Source: Azolla caroliniana (lineage: Eukaryota; Plantae; Polypodiophyta). From it: DNA of 64,000 nt. This document shows positions 48,006-61,098 of this stretch, piece after piece. A program made the position numbers and the translations under genes. Numbering within the stretch: the first letter of the stretch is position 1; the number at the start of each line of letters is the position of its first letter. The notes under the pieces are model-generated. The model saw only the letters and a list, made by a program, of their open reading frames with translations, was not told the DNA's origin and searched no databases. The stretch covers positions 16,244,001 through 16,308,000 of the forward strand of contig JBHGNT010000006.1 in the NCBI GenBank assembly GCA_043228905.1. Reading direction: 5' to 3'.

Positions 48006-48589
48006 TGTGTAGGATCTATGTATCGATGGAGCTAACTCCTTAATGTCGTTTACGGAGTTCGGACCAACATATACCCTTTTGATGGCGAATCGGGCGGAGA
48101 TGGTTGTCAGACACCTCCGAGCCTCACACTCACTTAACGATTAGTAGATGATTAAGCACGATATCTCTCTCACTCTCTCAAGCTCGCTCTCATAGACAAT
48201 AGGGTAATGAATATAGACAACAAGAGTAATGAGTATGTTTATTAACCCTCTTTGCTAAGAGGTCTAGCACCAACAAGGAAGAGAGATTGGTGTTCTCTAA
48301 CTAAACACTTCACTAATCTCCCTTAAGCTTAACGGTTACAAGAAGGAGGAGAGGAAGCTCTAGCTCTTAATAAACAAGGAGATCTTTACAAATGGGAGAA
48401 CCATTACAAAGCCACTACTATGTGGTTTATATAGCATTCACGTTTAGGGTATGGGCCTTTCACACTTGGACGTCTCTTTGCTTCTTCGCCTCTTGTTGTT
48501 TCCTCTTCGTAGGTCCTTCAACACCTACTACATCCTTGTTGATGCGCTCTTATTCATGACTGGTTGTGTTGCAATCGAAGCGCTTAACA
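48006..48589 (-). repeat. G1 5' LTR (inner boundary 48006 or 48008)
   Basis: Lies between the PBS and an abrupt switch at …TTAACA to Copia integrase; TATATAAA on the minus strand near 48430; no partner LTR in the window. Confidence 0.7.
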
Positions 48590-50799
48590 CTCTTCACCTT
48601 CAGGAACCACGTGAAGACTTCGCTCTTTTTCATGATCAAGCACGCCTAGGTGTGCCAAGTGAAGTCATTGATGAAGGTTACGAAGTAACGACATCCACCG
48701 AGACTCACGTTTTGTGCCGGTCCCCACATATCTGAATGGATTAAGTCGGTTTCGACTCCGATTACGCTCGCTTGGAAATGGAAGTCGGTGTTGCTTCCCT
48801 AGTTGGTAGGTTTCCTAGACTTGACCATCCCGGCCACAAAATTTCGGCAGACCGAAAACAATGCTCTTCGCCTGCATTTCACGAAGCCGTAGGAAGTTAA
48901 CGTGGCCAAACCGCTTGTGCCATAGGTCGATATCCGATTCGACGTCCTGTCCTATCGTGAACAATGCGGTTCCGGCTTGGTTGGTGTTGAGGATGAACAT
49001 CCTCCCTTCACGGCGCCCTTGCGCTATGACTTGGCCTTCCTCTTCGATGTAGCAGTCGAGGTGCGTGAATCAATCTTGCATCCTTTGGTCGACGATCTGT
49101 CTGACCGACACCAGGCTCTTGGTTATTGTCGGGACATGCAACACGTTCATGAGTTTCCCTTTTTGCCCAACATGGTTGAGGGGAACTTCGCCAACATGTT
49201 CGATGGTATGCAGAGTGTTGTCTCCCGCTTTGACCACTCCTTGTTTTTCCGGTTTCTCTAAGTACGAGAACCATTCCTCATGAATCATCATATGATTTGA
49301 CGCTTCAGAATCAACATACCACACCTTGGTCGATTTCGAGGTGTTCATGGCCATCGAATTGGCCTTGCGCTTCATTACGAAGGTTGGGCCCGATCCACTT
49401 CCGGCTCGTTCGGAGCCCTCGGCGTAGTGCGATTTTAGACTCCTTCCTGTGTCTCTTCCACTCAATCCGGCTTTGTCTGAATCGGCTCTCTTCTTCTAGC
49501 ACACGCTCTGCCTGTGGCCTTTCTTGCCACAATATCAGCATTCCGTTGCGGCCTTCTCTTGTTGGCTTCCGGCGTCGCTATGACTCCCCTTGCTTCCGGA
49601 GGGTTTGGAATTGCTTCCGGCATTTTGATTATGTCACACGTTCTGCTCTTTTCGGCCACCTCCATTGCGCTCCGATCCGCCTCATCCATCATGACCACGG
49701 GGCCTATCTTCCTCCGTGTACAACATCCTGTCGTCAACGCACCCGCATGATTTTCCTCCATGAGCAACATCGACTGAAGCTCGAAGAACGAAGGTGTATT
49801 TCTCCCTTGTCTAGACTACTGTTCAGAATGCTCTAAACTTTGACGCTAACCCTCCAAGACAAACCTACACCATTTCGTTCACGTTGACGGAGGCGAGAGA
49901 GTCGCAGATCTCCTTGATTCGGGCCGTGTAATCGGCCATAGACAGATCTTTCTATCGGACATTGTTGAGCTCCTACCTGAGCTGCAGCTTCCTAGCCGTT
50001 GTGCTAGCGGCGAAAATCCCCTTGAGATTTGCCCACACGTCCTTTGGCATCTTAGCATCCCGAATGTAGCTCAAGAGCTAGTTGCTCACACAGGACGCAA
50101 CGCAGTAAAGAACTCTACTTGCGGCTTGTTCCCAAGCCGAAACATCTCTATGTGTCGATTCGGGTGTTGTGTCATCAGCTCCTTCGACATAACTCCAGTA
50201 ACCATGACCAAGCAGGTACTGGTGCATCTTGTATGACCAAGATGCATAGTTGCTCTTGTCGAGCTTCTTAGTCGGTAGCGAGCTTCCCATTCCTCTGTCC
50301 ATATTGTTGTCTTATCCTTTCCGAAAACAATAACTTAACTCTGTCTTTATCGCAAGCTTTTCTATCGGCTGTAGAGGAATCTCAACCCTCGCGCTCTGAT
50401 ACCATGTAAAAGAATACGTGTGCGGAAGCGTATGCGTAAGACACAGAGTACACAGTTCGGAAGTATGACAGTTCGGTAAAACACAGAAATCACAGAGAAG
50501 GAGAGGGAGAGACAGAACAAAACTATATTCAAAAATAAATCTTTGTATATTCTCTATACGTACTTCGTGCTCAACGAGCACCTCTTATACAAGCGCTGAC
50601 AATTGGGCTGACACAAGTACTGACAGTACTTGACCACTCATAAATCTCCCAAAATTATTCCTTATGAGGAATAACATTCTAACGGCCTCTCGGTTTACGC
50701 ACCGCTATGGCCATGTTGTGCATATGGTTTTACACACCCAGTCTACGCACTGGGTTACGCACTGGGTTACGCACCCAATGGTGAGCTTGTATCTCAACA
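48590..50799 (-). mobile_element. Copia F, 5' part (LTR 50405..50799, Met PBS 50393-50404, gag-PR-INT start); host of G1
   Basis: MDRGMGSSLPTKKLDKSNYASW; WYVDSEASNH; LTR ends …TCTCAACA. Confidence 0.88.
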
Positions 50800-52515
50800 C
50801 TTTCTCTCAACCACACCGTTTTGTTCCAGTGTGTATCGGCAGCTGAATTATCTCCAAATTCCGTTCTAATCTAGATAACAGTTGAATTGGTTGGAAAAGT
50901 ATTCTTTTCCGCCAAAAATGAGAACCACTCTTCGTAGCTCGTCATGTGGTTTGACGCTCCGGAATCAACATACCATACTTCCTCCGATCCGGAAGTGGTC
51001 TTCTTCATCGAGTTTGCCTTATGCTTCATCACGAAGATTGGCCCTTTTCCAGTCTTCCCGGTACCAGATCCTTCTACGTAGTGCAAGCTTTGCCGGTTCC
51101 CTTGTCTGGCCTTGCCGGATCCGGATTTATCCAAATCAGCACGCTTCTTCCAACACTCGCTTTGTGTGTGGCCTTTCTTGCCACAGTACCCACATTCCAT
51201 GTTGGTTTTCGACTGTTGGTTTCCGGATCTGACATGACTCCCCCTGCTTGTGGAGGGTCAGAAACTGTTGTCGGCCCTATCTCTATGCCTTCGGTTCTGC
51301 TCTTGCCGGCCGCCTCCACTGTGTGCCAACCCACCTCGTCTTCCACGACCACGAGGCTGATCCGCCTCCATGTACAACATCTAGCTATCCGATTGAGTGG
51401 TCCTCAACCCACTCGCGTGGTGTTCTTCGACCATCAACATGGATTGTAAGTCGAAGTAGTACGGTGGCTTCTCCCGGGTGCAAATTGTCGTTCGGATTGG
51501 CCCGTACCGTTGTCCTAGAACACCAAGATAGATCTGGATCATCTCGTCTTCTTCCACCGTTACATTGATGGATCTGAGTGCATCGCAGATCTCCTTGATC
51601 TTGATGGTGTAGTCCGTAACCGACATATCTCTCTATCAGATGTTGTTCAGCTCTTGTCGGAGCTGCAACTTACGGGTTGTGGTACTTGTGGCAAAAATCT
51701 TCCATAGGTTTTCCCAGGCCTCCTTTGGCGTTTTTACATCCTTGATGTAGCCGAGCATCTGATCGTGCACACCGAACGCGAGGCAGTACAATACTCAGCT
51801 CGCTCGTTGCTCCCATGCCGGGAAGTCTTTGTGTGTTGGCTACGGTGCTACCTAGTTAGTTCCTTCCACATAGGTGCAATTTTCATGCCCCATCAGGTAC
51901 TGGTGCATCTTATATGACCAGGATGCATAGTTGCTCCGGTCGAACTTTTCTGTGGGATGTGAACTTGCCATACCTCTGTCCATCTTTGGTTCTCTTCTAT
52001 TCTTCACTAGGTGTTAGGATTTGTCTTCGGAAGTGTCTGTCGGCTGCAGAGGTTCTCAACCCTCGCGCTCTGATACCATGTAAAAGTTAGTGTGCGAAAG
52101 CTTGACTAAACCGGTTTACCCGAGCAACAATAGAGAATAGAAAACACAAGTTCAATGGAAGCTTGAGAATATTTAACATACACGGGAGAGGCAGAGAGAG
52201 AGAGAGAGAGAGAGCATAAACTCAATTAAAATATAACACTCTATAACTCGGTACATACAACATGCTAAACAACACTATTTATAGAAGTCCTCAAAAGGAC
52301 TGACATAAGTACTATACATACTTCAATGCTCATATGAGTGGCTGACACTAACTACGATGACTCTGACTACCTAGTAGTCTAGGAGTATAGGCTACTACTA
52401 GGCTTCCGGTTCACATTTGAATCCGGTTCCTCGATCCATCTCTCCGATCCGGCTCCTGGTTCCGGATATCATCTGGCTCTTCGTTCCGGATTCGGTTGAG
52501 CTTGCTCGCTCAACA
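50800..52515 (-). mobile_element. Copia G, 5' part (LTR 52079..52515, Met PBS 52067-52078) with an internal deletion at about 50914; host of F
   Basis: gag motifs; integrase fragment fused to protease. Confidence 0.88.
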
Positions 52516-52789
52516 AATAAATTAGAAGAAGATAGATGAGAAGAAGAATATTATATTATTGATGATGATGATGATCTCCAAATTGAACCCCCTTAGACAA
52601 ACCTTACTAGGGTTTTTATAGGTCTATCCATGTTTCTAACATGTACAAAACCATGGGCTTTGACCCATGGTTTTTCTGCACACGGTTTTTCTTGTGGCAT
52701 GCACAAAACCATGCGCTTGGTTTTATGCACACAGTTTTATACGGTTGTTTCCTATGAAATATTGAATATGAAAATACAAATCTAGAGCA

Positions 52790-52853
52790 TCCAATAGTAG
52801 CTCTAGTGGTAAGCTAATTGTCGCCTATCTTGGAGGTATAAGGTTCAAATCTT
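52790..52853 (+). other. Degenerate tRNA-derived (SINE-head-like) module
   Basis: TAGCTCTAGTGGTAAG … GGAGGTATAAGGTTCAAATCTTGC. Confidence 0.5.
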
Positions 52854-52985
52854 GCTTGTATATATTCCTCTATATACACAAAAATGCCACTAGGCCTTAG
52901 GCTTATTTCATATTTACAAGTGGATATGGACCCCATATTGAACTGTGGCTCATCAGATTTGGATGCCAAATCAAATGGTCAGCTC

Positions 52986-53406
52986 ATGTACATTCTTGTA
53001 ATCCTTCTTGACATATGTATATGTTGGGTTATTCTAACGCATATGTCACACCAAACGACATACTTGACCCACTCTCCCTCTTCAAGTGTGGCCAAGATTC
53101 GGTGGGTATCAAATGCCAAACATGTAAAATGTGAGATTTATGTCGGCTAGAGAAACAATGGTTTTGCAATAAATCTTACATGGAGACACACTTGCAGATG
53201 TACATTCTTGTAATCGTTCTTGACATATGTATATGCTGGGTTATTATAATGCATATGTCACACCAAATGACATAGTTGACCCACTCTCCCTCTTCAAGTG
53301 TGGCCAAGATTCGGCGGGTATCAAATGTCAAACATGTATAGTGCGAGATTTATGCTGGCTAGAGCAACAATGGTTTTGCAAGAAATCTTACATGGAGGCA
53401 CACTTG
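52986..53406. repeat. Tandem duplication, 2 x about 212 bp
   Basis: ATGTACATTCTTGTAATC begins at 52986 and 53198. Confidence 0.9.
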
Positions 53407-53431
53407 TTACAAGCATGACCATATAATATCC

Positions 53432-53877
53432 TGTAGTGAGAATTTACCGTAGTATTCTATACACGTGGATAAGTGTGAGGGTTAAACGAGAGGGTAAATA
53501 CGGGGAGGATTACTTTTAATCCTCGGGATTGAGACAACCCATTAGGCCAAGTGTGAACTTGCCTAGGGGCCTTGGGTATCGCTATAAATAAGAGGCCTAG
53601 CTACCCTCATTTCATCATCTTTTGACTACGTCAAGACTCTATTTCGTGGTGGTTCAACTGTTGTAGCAAGCACGCCAGCACCAGGTATGACTCGACGCCA
53701 CGGCGGTGGTATAGGACGCCTATCGAGGCTCGAGTCCGTCTCGATCCCTTCGCTCGAGGGTGATCGGGTGGATCGGCACCCTTCTTTCTCTCTCTCCTTT
53801 CTATCTATCTATCTATCATTCTTTTATCCTTATCAAATGCTTACATTAGGGGTATCTCTAAAAGTTGGTTTCAGAGC
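53432..53877 (+). mobile_element. Probable old LTR with a decayed Met PBS (TGGTTTCAGAGC, 53866-53877); no coding region follows
   Basis: TGTAG start, CTATAAATA at about 53582, CT-rich tract, PBS-like motif. Confidence 0.5.
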
Positions 53878-54497
53878 TCATGTTCTAATGTTTCTTTTGT
53901 TGGTTTTGTCTTCTTGATGGATGACGATCGATCAACGTACAATCGACCTTGTTCCAAACAGCAATCAACAAAGGAACTTCGGTAATCTTTCTTGGTTTTT
54001 TTTTTTCGATTTTTTCTTCTCCCTTCTAATCATGTATATGGTCATATGTAATTTTCTTTTTGATTAATTCAATGGTGTTGTAGTGGTAATTAATTGGTTA
54101 TAAAACATATGTGCACGAGGTCAATACATCATTTGACATATATTTAATATGTGAGTGGTGTCGTATGCGTACGAGGTTAATACCTCAATTACGTATTACG
54201 TTCACAAACACATGTTACGTTTGCGTATGAGGTCATTACCTTGATTTGTATGTAAATGATATGTGTTTGGTGTTGTATGCGTATGAGGTCAATACCTCAA
54301 TTGCGTATTACGATTAACACTTATTTTTAGATGTTTTGTGTGCGTAGAGGGTATATGCCTCGCTTACGTATCTCGATTACATCATTTTTGGCTATTTTAT
54401 ATTACGATTTCTTTTATATATGCATATGTGGTCACGTGTATACGTATTTGATCGTATATATGTGATAATATACATACGTGTATATAAGTTATTACGT

Positions 54498-55167
54498 TGT
54501 CGTGAAGAAAACCGCCCACAAGAGGAATCGGAGGAACAAGGCGTGGGAAACGGCTCTACACACACGCGCGCCAAGAAGTACATACGAGGATCCTAGGTGG
54601 GTAGATTCGGTTGGTATGCAGTTAATGCCGAACGGCCTCTTGACGGGATATAAAAAGGAAGAGGAAGAATAGGAAAAGATATCTCGCGGGGAGAGGACGA
54701 AGTGCTGCCGAACCGATTTCGGAGCTCCTCTCTCACTCCTGCTTTCTCTGTCTTCTGCTCCATCGCGTACCTGTGCAGGGTTCGAGGAGGCTTGCGCTGT
54801 TCCGTGGAACGCCCCGAGTGCGTCCTGCAGCACCTCCGACCTGTTTCCCTTTCCGTGCGTCGCGACATACAGGGGTCGGCATCTGTTCGCCGCCCTGTTC
54901 GTTTTCGTTAGTATCTATTTAGTGCCCCACCGTGGGTTGTAACACTTTAGCTGTTATTTTCTTGCATTCATAAGTACATATCTTCCGTGGTTGCGTCCAT
55001 CTGTGTCGGCGTTTATTTGTGATCTCTGTTTGTTGGGCCGTGTCCCTGTGCAATCTTCGGTTCTGTGTAATCGGGTCTCTCCTTCTCCTCTCTCTCTCTT
55101 GCTCTTCGGTCCAAGACCCCCGTGGTCCCTCCTCCTTTCTGCACGCAAGGGCGTAGCAACCCCGACA
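54498..55167 (+). mobile_element. Solo LTR (670 bp) with 4-bp TSD ACGT
   Basis: TGTCG…CGACA termini; ACGT at 54494-54497 and 55168-55171; TATAAAAAG near 54649; GC-richer than its flanks. Confidence 0.85.
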
Positions 55168-56172
55168 ACGTGATTTCAATATCGAATGTTTTCCTTTTCA
55201 GGGAAAGGATCTTGGTGGCCGTCCTCACATTTTTGTGAGAATGGCGTTGTCACCATCCCTTTTTCAACAAATTTTTATTGTTGACATCCCCATTGGTGAC
55301 TTCGATTTCATTACGTAATGAAACAATCTTAGCCACAATGGTGTTGAGAATGTAGGGCTTGACCCACTTGATGTGAGGTCGCTGTTATGACACACATATC
55401 CAACATCGCTCCCTAATTACATGGATAAGATGCCACCATGAGATCATTCTTACGAAAGGCATTTGTAATGACGTAACCATGTGATGGGCCATGTGGGCCT
55501 ACTACGAAAAGAGGGCTCATTTGGCTTGACCATTAGGTTGCACTTTGGCGTATGCCATCGTAATTACGAGACTTGAGGTTAGGTAATGTACCAACAAAGT
55601 TTGTGGTAAACGAGGGGGAAATAAGGACTCTTGACATATATGTTTCTTTTAAAAAAACATATATGGGCAAATGCCTCGCATATCTCTTATACGCACTAAA
55701 TATTAAATATTCAAAAAGAGCAACTTACTTGGTTGGCTCAAGTGTTTAATGCATTTGTTCTCGAGGTCTCGAGTTCAAATATGACCAAGACCATACAACA
55801 TCGTTGATACATATGACTATAACACATGTTTAGACTTGAGGTCTAAGTGCATTTCGGGGTCCCCGTGATAGGACTTAAAGAGCTGAAACCACATATGTGG
55901 GCACCGAAACATAGTTTATTGTTAACATTTTTTTCGTGTATAAACTATTCATGATGCGAACATACATGGTTGAGCCTCGGGGAGCCGCCATGAAAAAATT
56001 GATATAGAGATCACGGAAAGACATTAATTTGTCACCCCCATGGTTTTTAAAACACCTTTGTGTTACCATAGTAACCTAATCTTTTCTCTATTTGTTGTTA
56101 CTGGGTTCTACAGTTAGTCTACGGAAGCAAATGTCGGCTATAGAGGTTCTCAACCCTCGCGCTCTGATACCA

Positions 56173-56594
56173 TGTGAATGTTAATGTGCGGAAGCGTCAG
56201 ACAGAACTGGTTCAGCCGGATAGCAACAGAAAATGAGATGAAGGTTTAATGGAAAAGTTTCAAACACAGAGGAGACAGACAGAGCAGAACATAAAACTAT
56301 ATTCAAAAATTAACTCTAAAACTCTGTAGATACAACGTGCTAAACAACACTATTTATCTAAGTCAATAAAGGACTGACAAAAGTATTGATAGGTACTTCA
56401 ATGCTCACAAGTGCGACTGACACTAACTACGAGACAATGATTACCTAGTAATCATGGCTACTACTAGGCTTCCGGTTCCCGCTCGAATCTGGCTCTCCGA
56501 TCCGGCTCCCCAATCCGGCCGGTTGTTTCCGGATACCGATCCGGCTCAGGCTTATTCAGCCAATCTGGATCTGGTTGAGCTTGCTCACTCAACA
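56173..56594 (-). repeat. Copia LTR with a PPT on one side (56595-56602) and a Met PBS plus about 85 bp of 5' UTR on the other (56079-56172)
   Basis: GCTCTGATACCA-TGTGAATG … CTCAACA-CTCCCCCT. Confidence 0.9.
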
Positions 56595-59500
56595 CTCCCC
56601 CTTAAGCTCAACTTGAGGTCGGATCGTGGTGTTAGTGTCTGCAGCAGCCGGTTCTTCTACCCGACTCCTGGCGTTGCTCCGCCTCGCTCGCGCTCCTCAT
56701 CCGGTTCAGTCTTGTTTTCCGCAACCCTTCTGGTTCTGCGCACCTCGACCTCCTCGGTCGGCTTGTCTGCTCAACAAGCCCATTTCAACGCTTGTCGACC
56801 CGTCGGTTCCTTCGTGTTGGCATCGATTTCTGTTGCGTCCGTGTCCGCTTGGCCTTTAGTTGATCCGGCTCTTGTCTGAGTCGGTGTTCTCCAACTTGTC
56901 TTCTGGTTTTAATCCCTTCACCACACCGGACCACGTCCGGGTCTTGGCTGTTTTCTTCCAGTCGGCTCTATCCTTCTTGACTCTGCCACCGTTGCCGCTT
57001 GTTCCGACCTTTTCAGATATGCTGACTCCTTCGGTCGACTCTGCTTCCTTTTTCCTCTTCTCTCCCCCTTTGTTGGTTCTTTCTTCCTCTCCGGCTCCTT
57101 GTCCAGTGCCATCCGTTCCCTGTCCTTTTCTCCCCCTCAAGTGTGGCACGTCGAGATGTTGAACACCAAACATTTCAATGAAGTGTTGTAACTTGTCCGA
57201 TCCGAGCGGTTTGGTGAAGATATCGGCAATTTGCCGATCCATCTGAACATACTGAAGTTCTACTTCACCGCTCAAAACCTGCTCACAGACAAAGTGATAG
57301 TGGACTTCTATGTGCTTCGTCCGAGCATGGAACACGGGGTTCTTGGTGAGCTAAATGTTGCTCATGTTGTCACAATAGAGCAGGATCGGGGTCGGGACCT
57401 CAAACTGCAGGTCTTGCAGTAGTGGTTGAAGCCAGATGGCTTCACATATGGCATTGGTAGCGCCTCGGAATTCAACCTCAGTGCTTGACAAAGCCACTGT
57501 TGGCTGCTTTTTGCTGCTCCACGCAATAGCCGCACTACCTAGAGAAAACTTGTACCCGGAGGTGAATCGACAATCCGACGCATCACCGGCCTAGTCGGCA
57601 TTTGTATAACCGACTAGTTCTTCGGTTATACCATGCCGGTATAACAGTCCCAGGTCCTTCGTGCCACTCACATACCAGAGTATCCGGTGTGCGCAGTGAA
57701 GGTGCTCGACGGTCGGCTTCTGCATGAACTGGTGTATCACTCTGACCGGGTAACTAAGGTCGGGTCGAGTGATCGTCAAGTATATCAGGCTTCCGACAAT
57801 TTGTCGGAACCGTTGCTCATCGCAGGCCGGGCCGGAGTTGGGACAGAGCTTTTGGTCGGCACTCCGTCATACCGAACTTGTACAACATATTCCATACATA
57901 GTGTCATTGTGAGAGCAATATGCCATCGGGGTTCAGATAACCTCGATCCCAAGAAAATAATGAAGGTCCCCAAGGTTCTTCATTTCAAATGCGTCCGACA
58001 GTTGGGACTTTACTCGGCCGATTTCATTGAGTTCATGCCCGGTGATGACTAAATCATCAACATAAAGTAGGATGCAAACCGGACCGTTCGGACCTTCCCA
58101 GATGAACAACGACGAGTCAGATTTAGAGGTCACAAACCCCATCTTACAAAACCGGTGCGTGATCTTCACATTCCTAGCTCGAGGGGCTTGTTTCAGACCG
58201 TAAAGGGACTTCTTGAGCTGGCACACCGTCGACTTGTTCATCTCCGACTGAAAGCCCAGAGGTTGGATTATATAGACCCGTTCTTCAAGGTCACCTTGAA
58301 GAAATGCATTCTTGACGTCCATCTGGTGAAGATGCCACCCCCTTGCCGCAGCAACCGCTAGTACCACACGAACTGTCGTCATCTTTGCTACCGGGGCGAA
58401 GGTCTCGTCGTAATCGATTCCCTGGGTCTGTGCATATCCCTTCGCCACTAACCGGGCCTTGTACCGGTTAACCGAACCGTCGGCATTGTACTTTACCTTA
58501 TACACCCATTTGCAACCAATCGATTTACAGTGTTGGGGAGGGTCAACGAGGTCCCATGTGTCGTTGGCATCTAGTGCCCACATTTCTTCCTCCATAGTGG
58601 CATGCCAATTTGCGTCCTTTGCCGCTTCTGCGTAGCTCTCTGGCTCACGCACTTCCGCCACCTTAGTCATGAACGCATAATGATGCATCATGTACTCATT
58701 GTACCCGTACCGCGTAACGGGGTTCTTCAGGCGGGAAGACCAGCATAACTTGGTATTACCCAGTTTGGGGCCCTTCTTGGCCAGGTCGGATTTCATGCCC
58801 GAAGATCTACCTTCATCCTTTGCGGAGTCGGATTCACTCCGATCCGACTCAATGTTACCGGTTTCGTATTCCAACCTCTTCTTCTTCCCCTTCTCTTTGC
58901 ATGTGAACCGTCTCCTCGGTTCCTTGCGCGGGGAGAGCATGGTAGAGTCTCCACTACTCACCGGTTCCTCATCCGGCTGGTCATCCCGACTCAGTTGCTC
59001 ATTCGGTCCACTTAGCCGGAATGAGATCGGACTCTCTTCTAGAGTGCCGAAGTATTCATCTTCTACCTGGACCTCCTCGGGATCACTAGCCTCATCTTCC
59101 GGAATCGGGTCTTCATCAGGAGTTGGAGTCGGTAAGGAGTACCATGATGCCGTCTCATCAAACTCGACATCTCGGCTTACTCAGACCTGCTTAGTCCAGG
59201 GGTTATAGCACTTATACCCCTTTTGCTCATGCGAGTAACCAACTAGAATGCACTTCTCCGACTTCGGATCCAGCTTCCTCCGCTTATCATCCGGTACATA
59301 CACATATGCTATGCTACCGAATATCCGAAGGTGTCTCAAATTTGGCTTTCCCCCGAAATACAACTCATGTGCTGACACCTTGTCACTGATCCGGTTTTGG
59401 ATGTAGACGGTCGTCCAGACCGCCATGGCCCAGTAGAAATGGGGCTTGCTCTTCTCCTCCAGCATTGCCCTTGCCGCGTCGACAATCGACCAGTTCTTCC

Positions 59501-61098
59501 TTTCGGCTACACCGTTTTGCTTTGGTGTGTACCTGCAGCTAAATTCTCTCCGAATTCCGTTCTACTGCAGATAACTGTTGAATTGGCTGGAAAAGTATTC
59601 TTTCCCGCCATCCGACCACACGTACTTGATCTTCCTCTCTATTTCCCATTCAACCAAGCTTTGAAGGTTCTGGAAACACTTGAAGACTTCGCTCTTCCTC
59701 TCAATGAGGTAGATCCACGTGTGTCGGTTGTAGTCGTCGATGAAGGAGACGAAATACCGACTCCCGCCGAGACTAACATTTTGTGCCAGTACTCATACAT
59801 CCGAATGGATTAAATCGAGCTTGTTATGGCTCCGGTTTCGATCGGTGGGGAATGGAAGCCGGTGTTGCTTCCCGAGTTGGCAGGCTTCACAAATTTCGTC
59901 CTTCCGGCCGCTAAATTTCGGCAAACTGAAAACGACTTGTTTCGATTGCAGGTCTTGAAGCCTCCGATAATTGACGTGGCCGATCCGATTGTGCCACAAG
60001 TCGATGTCTGATTCGACCTTCTGCCCTTTCGCAAACATAGTGGTGCCGACATCATTAGTGTTGAGGATGAACATCCCTTCGGCTCTGCGCCCTTGCGCAA
60101 TTATCCGGCCCTCTTTCTCGATGAAGCACCCTGGGTGCGTAAACCGCACCTGCATCCACTAGTCGACGATTTGTCCAACTGACACCAGGTTCTTTGTGAT
60201 AGTCGGAACGTGTAGTACATTCATCAACTTCCCCTTTTGTCTGACATGGCTTAAAGGGACTTCTCCGACATGCACAATCGGGTGAGGGGTGTCGTCTCCG
60301 GCTTCAATAATCCCCGGTTGTTGCGGTTTCTCCAAAAAAGAGAACCACTCTTCATGGCTCGTCATGTGGTTGGACGCTCCGGAATCAACGTACCATACTT
60401 CCTCAGATCCAGAAGTATTCTTTCTCATCGAGTTAGCCTTGTGCTTCATCACAAAGGCTGGCCCTTTACCGGTTTTCCCGGTTCTCAATCCTTCTGCGTA
60501 GTGCGGGCTTTGCTAGTTCTCCCGACCGGTTTTGCCAGATCCGGATTTGTCCAAATCGGCACGGTTCTTCCAGCACTCGCTTTCCCTGTGGCCCTTTTAA
60601 CCACAGTACCAACATTCCATGTCGGCCTTTCCATCCCGGTTCCCGGTGCCGATTTGATTCCCCCTACTTGTGGAGGGTTCGGAACTGCTGTCGGCACAAC
60701 CTCTGTGCCTTCGGTCCTGCTCTTGTCGGTTGCCTCCATTGTGTGCCGACCCACCTCGTCCACCACGTCCATGGGCCAATCTATCTCCATGTACAGCATT
60801 CGGTCGTCCGATTCAGTGGTCCTTGACCCACTCGCATGGTTTTCTTTGACCATCAGCATCGATTGCAAGTCGAAGAAGGACGGTGGTTTCTCCCAGGTAC
60901 AGATTGCTGTCCGGATTGGCCCGTGCCTTTGCGCTAGACCACTGAGGCAAATTTGTACCATCTCGTCTTCGTCCACCGTCACCTTGATGAACCCGAGTGC
61001 GTCACAAATCTCCTTTATCGTAGTGGCATAGTTCGTAACCGACATGTCTCTTTGCCGGATGTTGTTCAGCTCTTGCCTGAGTTGCAACTTACGAGCTG
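56173..61098 (-). mobile_element. Copia H (3' LTR, pol, most of gag; 5' end deleted)
   Basis: FHARTKHI, LYVDDL, IHSDV, WYVDSGASNH, LRQELNN. Confidence 0.9.

Larger units (their letters stand above)
1..48589 (-). mobile_element. Ty3/Gypsy non-chromovirus LTR retrotransposon G1 (degenerate; 3' LTR lies left of the window; split by Copia A and its nest)
   Basis: Minus-strand order is LTR (48.0-48.6 kb), PBS, gag, PR, RT, RNase H, INT, extra ORF. RT reads ...GYNQISVVPED at 43116 and resumes QHKTAFATEFG at 6974, across the A insertion. Confidence 0.9.

Noticed and set aside
52790-52853. Functional tRNA genes here or at 12140, 42170 and 55731
   Set aside because: No convincing acceptor or anticodon stems; kept only as tRNA-like modules.
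56062-56082. Helitron 3' end (GTTAC…GTAAC hairpin plus CTAA)
   Set aside because: The hairpin is short and abuts the CTRR; no 5' TC end or Rep/helicase is seen.
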